A stretch of DNA of 63,904 nt, the filler included, from Rhizaria sp. SCN 62-66 (taxonomy: Eukaryota), in assembly GCA_001724265.1 (NCBI GenBank). It is 3 parts of 3 records of this genome, joined end to end, with 100 filler letters (N's around TTAATTAATTAA, not from the genome) between each part and the next. Parts side by side here need not be neighbours in the genome. Positions count along the whole stretch, not along the records: positions 18,395 to 45,924 come from MEDY01000478.1; 2 more parts are not named here. The stretch is one strand, 5' to 3'. Below, in pieces: positions 34,855-46,024 of the stretch. Made by a program: the position numbers and the translations under genes. Positions within the stretch are counted from its first letter, which is position 1. Each line of letters opens with the position of its first letter. A model generated the notes under the pieces. That model was not told where the DNA came from, did no database searches, and saw only the letters and a list, made by a program, of their open reading frames with translations.

Positions 34855-35253
34855 AAACTCGAAACTATGCAAAAACAAGACGTTCGGGAGGGTGTTTGAG
34901 GGTGAGACTGCAGTCGTGAATCTCGGGGATACCGCATGCATAACGCACACAAATTCATGCACAGAAAAAGGAACAGATATCAAAATCAAGTAATCTACGC
35001 AATCAACAATAGTATACCTTTCAATGCACGCTGCAACATGTGCAACTCATTAAGTTGCAAGTTCCCCCTGTCGTCACGTGGTGGACGGAAATGCAATTCG
35101 GTTTGTCGGGCCAACAGCCAGTCAGAAAACAAGAACTGGTTGCTCACGGTCACTTTCGACAAAAGCGAAGGGACTGATGTGTGGGTGGCTTAGAAGGGTG
35201 TCATTTGGGCATTTGCTTATCGTGCGTTGGTAGTCATACCTGGTTTGTACGAA

Positions 35254-36206
35254 ATGTCTCTTGTGCATAAGCATGAATATATTGTCGAGTTTGACGAAGA
35301 GGCCTCCCAGGACCTCTTTCCAAAGCATGGTACGACCCGCTCTACTCTGCTCTCTTGCTCCTTACCCTCCATCTTGCGCTTGTCTAGCTCTCGCTGTCAT
35401 TGCTTCTAGCGCATTTCTTACGTTCCTCCATCTATTTCCGCTCTTGTTCTACCCTATAGACCGTCTCCGTGGCGGTGGCGTCGGCGCCTTTGTCCTCCCC
35501 TGGGTCTTTGTTCGTACGTAACCCTCGGCTTTCCATATCCCGTCATTTCACCTTCGTTTCATTACCACACAGTGGCATATGCGCTCCTGACAGACCTCCA
35601 ACTAGCACCACAACTCAGAAAACTCCCTTAAATATACCTGCATATTACTTTCACCCTCACATCCCTTCCATTATCTTCACTCTATCCCTTCTTAATCCCT
35701 CGTTTTACTTTACTCTCTGCTGCTTTTTGTCTTCTTCTGCTCCTCTTGCTCTTGCTCCGTCCCATCACTGATAATCAACCACAGTGATCCCGCTGCTGGT
35801 CATCGGCTTCGGCGGCTACACCTTGCTCGCGGGCATCCGCCACAGCAGCGAGGTCTGCGACGAGCCCCTCGCCGAGCTGCTCATCGCGATGGGCGCCTTC
35901 CTCATCGCGCCCTTCATGATGGGGTGCCTTTTTGTGCCCGCCTTCCTCTCTGGCACCGGCAGCGACACTGAGGACCTGCTCATCCGCGGCGGCATGACCG
36001 TGATCGCGCTCGACATGCTCGGCTTCCTCATCTCGCTCATCATCGCCACCTCGACCTTCTCCTCCGCCAATGCGTGCCACGCGCCCCTGGTCAAAGAGGC
36101 GCAGCCGCTGCTCATCGGCGCCTGGGTCGCTGCTGGGTGCGCGCTCGTGTTTGCCGCCGTGCTCGTTTCGCGCAGGAACTCCGAGGGCAGCATCTCGCAC
36201 AAGTGA
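35254..36206 (+). CDS. Small multi-TM protein with paired loop cysteines; exons 35254-35329, 35460-35513, 35785-36206
   Basis: Donors GTACGA and GTACGT, both phase 1, give a continuous frame. CDEPL...L and ACHAPL motifs lie between hydrophobic helices. Ends TGA. Confidence 0.7.
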
Positions 36207-37287
36207 AGTGAGCTGAAGTCAAGTGGGAGTGTGAATTGTTCCCTGTGGGAAGCAGATGAGGCGGTTTGTCTCGTGAGAAGATGGGGGTTGATTACAAGTT
36301 AGTATAGTAAGAATGGTCTTGACATGTGTTGTTTTTAGATCTGATTTACAGTTGACTGAATACATAGTTTCTTGATGCAAAAAGGAGGTTCTTGGTGCGC
36401 ACGTCAACCACTACTGCAAGCAAACGTGTGGCGCGAGAGGCGGCTCTAAGCCTCTGAGTCCAGCATGGTCGCGATGTTCAGGAGCACGGAGCAAAAAGAA
36501 AATATTAGTATGCAAGACCACTATGAGCTCGAGGCGCTGGGCTGCGGGGCGGGCAAAAAAAATGAACATGCTTGCAACACGACGCATTTCCCGCGTAGTC
36601 ACCTACCGCAGTACTTAGCGCGCCCAACGGTGTTTAACTTCAGAGAGCGGACGGGATCTGGTGTTTTTATAGCTATCTATAGCAGTAGAAATCTGAGGCT
36701 GCTTGTTACTTTGTTTTTGTCCGATCCATTTCTCGGTCGTCTAAACAATTCAATGCACACAAGAAAATACACTCAAAGATCCTGACCTGAGCCTGACTTG
36801 GCAAACAACAAGGATGCATGTATTGCTATTATTAATAATACTAGTATCAGGATTGGGATTTACTCATGTCAGGCGGGGCGATGGTTGTTATCTTCAGTTT
36901 CGATGCCTCATGTTAATACATTATTTTTTTCTTCCTCAACTGGTAACTAAGCGATGAAGTCCGGGCGCGTGACAGCATTGAGTATTGGCAGACATATTCG
37001 TGGAATTCGAGTGTTATTGGGGTATCTCAATTACCGGTGTAGTACTCTACTCATATCACATTTTAACTCCCTTCGATACTCAATCCATGTGCTTATCTCA
37101 CCTTCTCTTTCACATGCAAAGATCTCTTTCTCAACCGCACTCATTACCCCGCCCCGAGGCAGAGTTACACATAGACACGTCGTCGCCTCTTTAGCGCTCT
37201 ACCAGCAGCCGCACAGTTTGCGGTTAACATCTCTACACCCGCGTTTGCGTGAGTCCTGACAGCCTTTTCGTCGCCAGCGATCGCGAG

Positions 37288-40200
37288 ATGTCATCGTCAT
37301 CGTCATCGTCGACGTCAACTGCTCCCAGCGCTCCCAGCGCTCCCAGCGCTCCCAGCGCTCCCGGGGGCAGCCGTGGCTTCCCCCCCCGCTCAGCCAGCTT
37401 CTCCGCACCCAGCACGGAGCCCACTGCGGTCGGCCCTACGCTGGGCTCGCAGCTACTAACTCCCTCAGCGCTGCGCAGCTTCGCGTTCCCCGCCTCAGCC
37501 CGTATCATCCTGCTGTCCGAGCTCTGCGAGCGCTACACATACTACGGCTATCGCGCCGTGCTGTCCCTGTACCTCGTCGACCAGGTCAAGGTCTCGGACG
37601 AACACGCCGTGCTTATTTACTCCATCTTCGGCTTCATCGCCTACTTCCTGCCTCTCTTCGGCGGCCACATCAGCGACACCTACTGGGGCCGCTATGCCTC
37701 GATCGTCGCCTTCAGCTTCGTCTACTTCCTCGGCACCTCGGGCCTCAGCCTCGCGGCCTCGCACGAGCTCAATCCAGACCAGCTCTTGTGGCCCGCGCTG
37801 ACGGCGCTGGCTCTGATCTCGCTCGGCACGGCGGGCATCAAGCCCTGTGTGTCGCCCTTCGGCGCGGACCAAGTCGAGGCCGCCGTGCGGGTGCGCGCCA
37901 AGGAGCTCTGGCTGCAGTACTGCGCGAACGTAACGACAAGCGCCATCAACAGCAGCGGTACTGACGGCAACTATAATAGTAGCGCGCAGTTTGACGCAGC
38001 TGTTAACATCAACAATGTCGCGAGCAATGCTTCTGCTTCTGTTCCTTCGTCCGCAGCAGCAGCAGCAGCAGCGGCAGCGGCAGCGGCAACATCGACGACT
38101 GCGTTGCCGCACGCGCCCCTGCCGCTGCTGTCGCCGCCTCCTTTCCCGCCGCGCATGCCTTCTCTGACCAGCCTCGTTGCCACCAAGCCTCCCACCCCGG
38201 CTTCCCCGGCCGCCGCCGAGGCCGCCGCCGCCGAGGCCGCCGCCGCCGCCGCCGCCGCCTCTGCCCAGGCCCTCACCAAGTCAGAGGCTGTGCTGGCCGA
38301 CCTGCTTGCCTCCGCATCCCAGGCGGCCGCGTCAGCGACGGAAAGCTTCTTCTACTCGTTTTACTTCGCCATCAACGTCAGCAGCACCGTGTCGATGCTC
38401 GTGACGCCGTGGCTGCGGTCCCACGTGTCGTACATGGTGGCTTTCGCGGTGCCCTCGGTGCTGCTACTGCTGTCGGTCGTCATCCTCGTCATCGGCGAGC
38501 GCGCGCGCCTGTTCGCGCACACGCCCCCCATCAAGTCCGCGCACGGCGCCGCCGCCGCCAACGCCGGCGCAAACAACCGCGGTTATAATAGCAACAATAG
38601 TAAGTGGGCGCACACGGGCGGCGTGCGCTATGAGGGCGCGTACAACAACGCCAACAACACGTACGTGACCAACGGCGCCGAGGGCGGTGTGGGCGACACT
38701 GTGCGCACCGCGGCCGGCGTGCTCGCGGCGGGGTACTTAGAGCAGGTCAAGAGTCTAAGTAGCGCCGGCAACGGCAGCGGCAGTGACGCCGCCAATGCCA
38801 GTGCTGCTGCTGCTAGCGCGAGCGCGAGTAGTGTTGCTCTTGCTGCTGTGGGCACCAGTCACCACACCATGGTTCTCGACGAGCTCTCGGCCGTGGCGCA
38901 CGAGTTCGACCCGCGCACCTACGGCCCGCGCTGCGCGGCCGACGCCGACGCCGCGGCCGTGGCCGCCGCTGGCGCGCGCAGCGGTGCCGTTAGCAGCGTC
39001 GTCGAGTCGAACCTCTCGCGCGTCGTCAAGGTCGTCGCCGCCGCGGTCCGCAACAAGAGCCGCGGGAGCGGGGGCCGCGGGAGCAATGGGAACACGCGGG
39101 GCCGGCGCAGTGCTGGGGGCTTTGGCGGCGGTCGCGGCGTCGACTATAATGCGACCGCGAGCGGCTACAACGGCGGCGATGACGGCGATCATGATAACGA
39201 CGGTTACTACGACGAGGAGGACGGCGGCAGCGTCAACGCCGACAACGCCAGCGCGGACTTAGTTCAGTTTCACGCCGACAACACCGACAACAACAACATC
39301 AACAACGCGAGCAATGTGCGCAGCTCTAGCAACGCTCACGCCCGCAGCGTGTTTAGCGGCGCCCGCAACGGGAACATGAGCGGTCGTGTGCGCGCGGCTG
39401 ACAACGCCGTGGACGGCGTGGACGGCGAGGACGGCTCCGCGGGCGACGGCGAGGGCTGCGACGACGCTGATGGGATTGAGATGGCGCCGCTGCCGCTGCC
39501 ACTGCTTAAGGTGCTTAAGGACGCGCCGAGATCGCACGCCAACAGCAAGTCCTCCATAGACTCAGACAACAGCAGCAATCACAACAACAACAGCAACGGC
39601 GACAACGCTAGCGCTGACGCTGACGCTGTGGCGGCGGCCGCGAGCGCAGCCGCGGCCCGCACATGCTGCATCCCCGTGCCGCTGCCGCCGGCGCTGGCTA
39701 GCGCGCTCAAGCCGCCGCCCGCGGCGCTGCTGCCGGCCGCCGACTGCAACTGCGAGTGCGCGCACGTCAAGGTAAGCCGCCTGCTCGCGGCGATCGCCCG
39801 CGGCCGCGCGCGCGCGCAGGCGCTGCTGGCCGCCGCGCTCGCCGCGCCCGCGGCGGCCGGGACCGCGGCCGCGGCCGGCGTCACTCCCAGTCCCGACACC
39901 GAACACACAGACAACGACAGCAACATCGCGAACGCCAACGTTGCCGCTGCGTCCACGGCGACCGACGCCGCCGCGGCCGCCGCCGTGGCCGCCGCGGCGG
40001 ACGCTGCCGCGGGCTGCGACCCCCTGGCCGTGACCGCGTCCGCTGTCGCGTGGCTCGCGCTGTGGCGCTGGCGTCGGCGCACGGCCCCGGCCTGGCAGCG
40101 CCGCGCCGCGCGCGTTGCCACCGCGCTCTCGAAGGCCATCGAGACGCGGAGCCCCGTGGTGCTGACGCTAGCGCCCGCGTCCGCTGCGGCGGCGCCCGTG

Positions 40201-42665
40201 TCGCCGTTCGCGCCCGTCGCGGGCAGCGATGACACTGAACACAAGTCGCAGCCGGAGCAGTCTCAGCCGCTGTCGCAGCCGCTGTCGCAGTCGTTGCTGC
40301 AGGAGAGGCAAAAGCAGGGCCTGCTGGGGGCGTGTTTCTGTCTGTGCACGTGCCGCTGCGACGCCAGCACCGTGCGCGCCGTCTTCGCGGGCGCGGAGGC
40401 CGCCGAGCGGCTCCAGCGCGGCGTCGCTGCGCAGGTACGTCTAAAGATAAATTGACGCCGATAATCTCGGATATTTAATGATTATTTATGTAAAATTCGT
40501 TTTAAATATTATTTCCTTTAGTTTGATTCTCAATACTTCTAATCTCGCCGATATATCTCCTCATTTGTTCCCCTTTCCTTTTCAGGCGCGCACTCTGGTC
40601 ATCTCTCGCGGCCGTGTGCGCGCTCTCTGGGTCACCGCCCGCAAGCTCGGCCTTGTCACCATCTCCAACCACAGTAGCCTTAACAGCTACAGCAACAGCA
40701 GCGCCCGCGTCCGCCGCAGCGGGCTGGGCGCTGAGTTCTCGAGCGTTTATAACAGCACGAACGGCGAGGAGGCCTGCGACGCGAGCTGCTTCGTCGACGG
40801 CTTCGACGGGGACGCGCTGTTCGACGTGGTTGCCGCCGAGGCCGCCGACTGCAACCTGAGCAACATCAGCTTCGCCAACAGCGCCGTCAACGACTGCACC
40901 GCGCCCTATGCTTACGGCGTCACTGCGACCACGGTCAGCAGCGGCAGCAGCGGCAGCAGCAATCAGCTGCGCGCGGCAGCGACGGCGGCGACGGCAAGCA
41001 CGGTCATGGCGGCGTCGGTGTGCGCGGGCGACGTGTTCGACCTTGCGTACATTAGTCAAGCCGCCGGCGACGGGGACTTTTTCGGAACCGACTCGCAGAG
41101 CGGCGGGCTCTGGGGCGCGGCCGAGGCCAAGGAGGCCGCTGCCGTCGCGCGCGGGGCCGTCGCCGCAGTCGCGTTTGCGGCCGCGGGCGGGCGCTCGCTG
41201 TCGATGCTTTCTCCCACTTCCTCATCGTCGTCGTCGCTGCCGACCGGCGACGTCGACGCAGACATCGCCGCCGCTAGCGTCAACGTCGCCGGCGTCGGCG
41301 CCGGCGGGATGTCGGTCACGGTCACGGACCGCGAGGCCGGGCTTACGCTCGACAGCGACGGGCTCAGCAGCGGCAGCAGCGCCGCCGCAGACGCCGGCTC
41401 CGTCGCTCTGGACGGCTTCCTGCCCTGGCTCGAGCGCGCCTCGCCGCCATACGCAAAGCGTGGTACGTCGCATGATCAATTTACGCGGTGTATATCGCCG
41501 ATATTTGTGAAATTTATGCTAGATTGTTATATTTGAACGATTTTTAAGTATTAAATCTATTTTCTTTTAAGTATACTCATTTAAATGATATGTTGCCTAT
41601 TTTTTTTGTTATCGTGAAGACCTGACGTCGGTGCGCCGGCTGCTGGCCGTGATTCCGATCTTCTCGGCGCTGCCGCTGTTCTGGTGCCTGATGAACCAGC
41701 AGGGCTCGACGTGGATCCTGCAGGCGGACGCCATGGACAACCACGTGTCAATCCCGCTGCCTTGGGGCTCGCGCTTCAGCTTCGACATCGAGCCTGAGCA
41801 AATGAGCATTCTGAACCCCATCTTCCTGTTCGCGCTGCTGCCATTCCTGGAGTGGCTCTTCCGCCGCAACGCGCGCATCTCGCTCTCGAACAACAACAGT
41901 GCAAGCGCTGACGCTCACAGCGGCCGCGGTCGAGGCAACATCCGTAGCAACACTGCCGTCGCGGGCTCTGCGAGCACGATTGCGGCCGCGCACAACTCCG
42001 GCATGGACGCCAACTCGAGTGCTGCTGCTGCTAACGTCGACGGAGGCGACGGCGACGGCGTGCAGAGCAGCTCACACAGACTGCTGTTGGCTTCTGCCCT
42101 TGACAGCAGCAACAGCAACTCCCCTCGGTACAACAACAACGAGGACGACGACAACGACGACGACGACGGCGTCGACAGCAACAACAGCTACGGCCGCCGC
42201 AGCGCCGCCGCCGCAGGCCCCGGCCGCTGCGCCCGGTGCTGCTCGCGGCTCTCCCCGCGCCCGCTGACCAAGATGGCACTGGGCATGGTCTTCGCGGGCG
42301 TAGCCTACGCGTTCGCGTCCCTGGCCGAGCGCAGCATGGCACTCGCGGCACCGCAGCGGGTCTCCATCCTGTGGCAGGTGCCGCAGTACTTCTGCGTCAC
42401 CGTTGCCGAGGTCCTCATTTCCGTCACGTGCATGAACTTTGCGTACGTCGTGGCGCCGAAGCAGATGAAGGCGCTGGTCTCTGCGCTGCTCATGGCCTCG
42501 AGCGCCATCGGCGATCTGGCCACGGCGGCCTTCTACTCACTCTTCACGGCCATGGGGGTTGACCGCGACGTCATGTTTGCGCTCTTCGCCGCGTGCATGG
42601 TCGTCAACCTGCTCTACTTCAGGTTTTTGATGGCCAAGTTCGAGTTCTTGAACGATATGAAGTAA
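37288..42665 (+). CDS. Proton-dependent oligopeptide transporter (POT/PTR, SLC15-like), ~1689 aa; exons 37288-40434, 40586-41462, 41620-42665
   Basis: ELCERYTYYG (ExxERFxYYG), GGHISDTYWGRY, GTAGIKPCVSPFGADQ, FYFAIN, FW.L.NQQGSTW.LQA..MD, LNP.F, SILWQVPQY, AP..MK. Ends TAA. The last acceptor (AAG 41617-41619) is less certain. Confidence 0.93.
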
Positions 42666-43592
42666 GCGTCCGCGTTGTCGTGTTCGTGTTTGTGTTTTTC
42701 TTTGATATCTTTCTTTCTCTACGATCAATGGATATTTTATGTACTTCATGTATATGTATTACTATTTTTCATTGATTTTTTTGCTTCATGACACGGCGCA
42801 ATTCGTACTTGGACAGTGGGGTGCCGCTGTTCATGTCCAGTTGATGCGAGTGTAAGAGTATTATGTGTTTCTCTAGTTTCATTTTACTTCGCTTTTTGAT
42901 TAGATTATGATTGCTATCATGATCATATTTATTATATTTTTTTGTTTTCCAATACGTTCTCCATATATCAGTTTCTGTGACTTTATAGTTCCTGTACATT
43001 GTACCTAAGTCTTGTTACTGCGAAGAATGCGTTGACAACAAGGTACGAGCTACATTTGATGGATAACATTCAGATGTAATTTTGGAGACAAATACATGGA
43101 GATGACTTTAATAATGCTTTTTTTTTGGCTGGGATTTCTCTTATAATCTCTTCGACTCTTGGGGACTCTGCTTAGTGTGATGTCGCGGCGCTGCAAGCGA
43201 TGCTCCGTGTGATGAGCTGTGCGCGCAGTCGCTGCAGACTGTGCGAGCACGTTGCTTAGTCCATGAAACGCTATGCTGAACTGTATCGATGAAGTGACAC
43301 TGCAGTACTTGCGAGCGAGTCGAGTGGTCGTAGTAATATTAGTGGTGAGCTGTAAGTTTATGCTTTTAGGGAGTGGGAATGTTGAGTTATGCTTTCAAAT
43401 TCTGCTTGTAGGCAATATAGATTCAGAAATAGTCAAATAAATACGTTTAACATTTAATTTTTTATTAATAATTACATTTTGACGGCATTTCCACCGTAGT
43501 TGATGTATTGTATTTTTCGTGCATTTTTTTTTCTTTCAAAAAATGACCAGTTGCCATGACAGGGCGGTCGCGAATTGGGCCGATTGCCTCTC

Positions 43593-44899
43593 TCACCCTA
43601 CACGATTGTTGTCGCCAATATGTGCAAGGTCATCAAGCGCCTCAGTACCAGCCCAATTCCAATTCCGGGTGAACCAATCAATATCAGCGGCAAGATTTGT
43701 CGCGCTATTGCGTTGCACACAGAACTGCATACGCAAGTACAAGTCGCCACCTTGGCCCGCACTGAGTGCGCACGTAACCTTGATGAATGAGTTACTGAAT
43801 GTATCATTTGCGCTAGAGTTAGGCACAAGTGTCACCACAAGGTTTGTGCACTCGTAGGTCAACAGCTCAGGGTTGCTAAACAGGTTTTGATCCGGGTTCG
43901 TGTACTGCACGCGGGTGTTGTACGGTGCGACAACGTTGCCGCCGGCGCGCAGTGTGAACTGCGCGGTTTGGCTACCCTTGGCGCTGTCAGCCACAACCTC
44001 GCGTGTGTCAGAGTTATACACAACGTAGCCGTACAAGCTGGGGACATTCACAGTTGGATCGAACGTGTTAATGCACTTAGATTGAGACCCATACAGCACG
44101 GCACAGTCAACGCAGTAGCGACCGCCAAAGAATGCAGGGCGCACTCGTTGATGTCCTGGCCCGAAGGCTCTGCAGGCAGCCACGACCCTGTTTTAGCACA
44201 GCGGCGCTCAAAAGATGACGAGTCGTCAGTGAAGGTGAGGCCGGACTGGCATTTGTAGACAGCGCGTGATTGGTAGCGTGTGGGGCCAGAAACGAAGAGA
44301 GGATCGTAGTTGTACGTCACAGGCATGCCATACTTGATCCGACCAGCCAGCCCAAGCTGACCGCAGTTCATCGCGCTGCACCCGGGTGCAACGGTGGGAA
44401 TCCAGCCGTCAGCAAGAGTGCCGCAACGGCGTGTCGAAGCGATGGCTGCATCCGTGAACGCGTCACGAGTTTCGTAGCCCGGGCTGGCACGAGTATGTTG
44501 CAACAGTACCGTAAGAACGTGGAATACCGCCGTTTTGCCTGTGTTAAGCGCGTCGCGGTAGGTGATGTTGACGCCGTGAGCGGGAACAAACAAGTTCTCG
44601 CATTGGTTGACCTGGCACTGGGGCGCGGACAAGGGGAACCAACCGCGCGGAGTACACTCGCGACGAGCGGCTGTGACACGTCCGTTCGATTGGGTGATTT
44701 CAACAACATAACCGGCCCCATCTGTGACGTCGTATCCCGTGTAGCGCAGATTGTAGCCTATGTTGCAGCGGTTCTCAACCCAAGATGTGTTCAAATACGG
44801 ACCGTGATTGCCGTTGTTAGCGACTGCGATTGTTGCGCCATTGATGTTCGTAGGGACTCCACAGTTGTAAGGCGAGCACGTCCGTGGTGAGGAAGCAAA
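43593..44899 (-). pseudogene. Fragment of an extracellular sushi/CCP + Ca-binding EGF + IPT-like protein
   Basis: Repeated C..P / Y.C..GY / RRC...G.W.P.C units and QDINEC...CINT. Frameshifts near 44530, 44480 and 44140. No start codon or signal peptide. Confidence 0.8.
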
Positions 44900-45440
44900 C
44901 TAATAGTTCTCGAACTCACCTTTGAATTCACTACCGTTGTCGCATGGTATAACAGCATGCTTTCGTGGTAGTCGTTTCAAGATACTACGTATAATCGCAT
45001 CCCTAACATTTTCGGTGCTCTTGCTCTCCGTCCCGGTGCAAATCTCACACTCTGCGTGTTTGGTGTGCTGATCGATACACGTCAGAATGTATTACGGCTT
45101 TTTTGTTCGGATAATCAATTCATGTTTCCATTGTTTTGGTGTAATGGTAAGGTCAATCTCCACGATATGAAAGGGACTCATTGAGATATCCTTCTTGATT
45201 GCCGACTGACGACTGCGATGCGGCCGTTTTGTTTGTACGTAAAAATAACATCATCTTTTGCATAGTTAGCGCGAACATCATTCAAACTTATGTTCTCATA
45301 GATCTTACGTAGTACGTGTGTATATGTCCCTCTCATTGTGATTGCTGTCTCCTCTTTGAAACGTTCAATGATGTTATCAATCTGATCCATTGGTGCTACT
45401 GCCTTCCCTGTATTTCGTCGAATTACGTGCCCTTTGAGGA
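44900..45440 (-). mobile_element. Degenerate retroviral-type (rve, DDE) integrase fragment
   Basis: Translates as KAVAPMDQIDNIIERF...TYTHVLRKIYENISLNDV / SPFHIVEIDL...*YILTCIDQHTKHA...IPCDNGSEFKGEF. Frameshift near 45235, TAA at 45094-45092, truncated before the catalytic Glu. AT-rich relative to host genes. Confidence 0.85.
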
Positions 45441-45475
45441 TTGCATACCTCTTTGATTGTCTTGCCGTTAGTCCA

Positions 45476-45924
45476 TTATTAGCGCTACATCTTTGCCGTC
45501 CTCGACTTCTTCGCAGGCTGCGACACCTGCTTCGTGGCGGTATTGAGGATTTCGAGCGCCGTGCTGGCCGTGTGCCCCGTCGCGGGACGGACCTGCGCGA
45601 GGTACGCGAGAAGCGAACCGTAGTGGGGATCCTGCTCGTCGGTCCACCTGCAGGTGACCATGAACTCGTGCAGCATCACCAAGTCCATGCACGTCGACGC
45701 AGTCATGTTGATCTCCGGGAAGCCCGCCTCCACCAGTACGCTTCGGCACCCGAGGTTGGCGGGCACCGCCTCTTTCACGGGGCGCACAAACTCGAGGTCA
45801 ATGACGAGGTAGCCCTCGTTGGCGCGGATGACGTTGGACGGGTGCAGGTCAATATACACGAAGCCAATCGCGTGCAGCCCCACGAAGAACGAGAGGATGG
45901 CCTCCAGCACGGGCACCGGGTCGG
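45476..45924 (-). CDS. C-terminal part of a divergent kinase-like protein (5' end in gap)
   Basis: LHAIGFVYIDLHPSNVI....YLVIDLEF. Ends ATG TAG CGC TAA TAA. Confidence 0.7.
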
Positions 45925-46024
45925 NNNNNNNNNNNNNNNNNNNNNNNNNNNNNNNNNNNNNNNNNNNNTTAATTAATTAANNNNNNNNNNNNNNNNNNNN
46001 NNNNNNNNNNNNNNNNNNNNNNNN
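45925..46024. other. Artificial contig-joining spacer (44 N + TTAATTAATTAA + 44 N)
   Basis: Same structure as 18295-18394. Confidence 0.97.
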
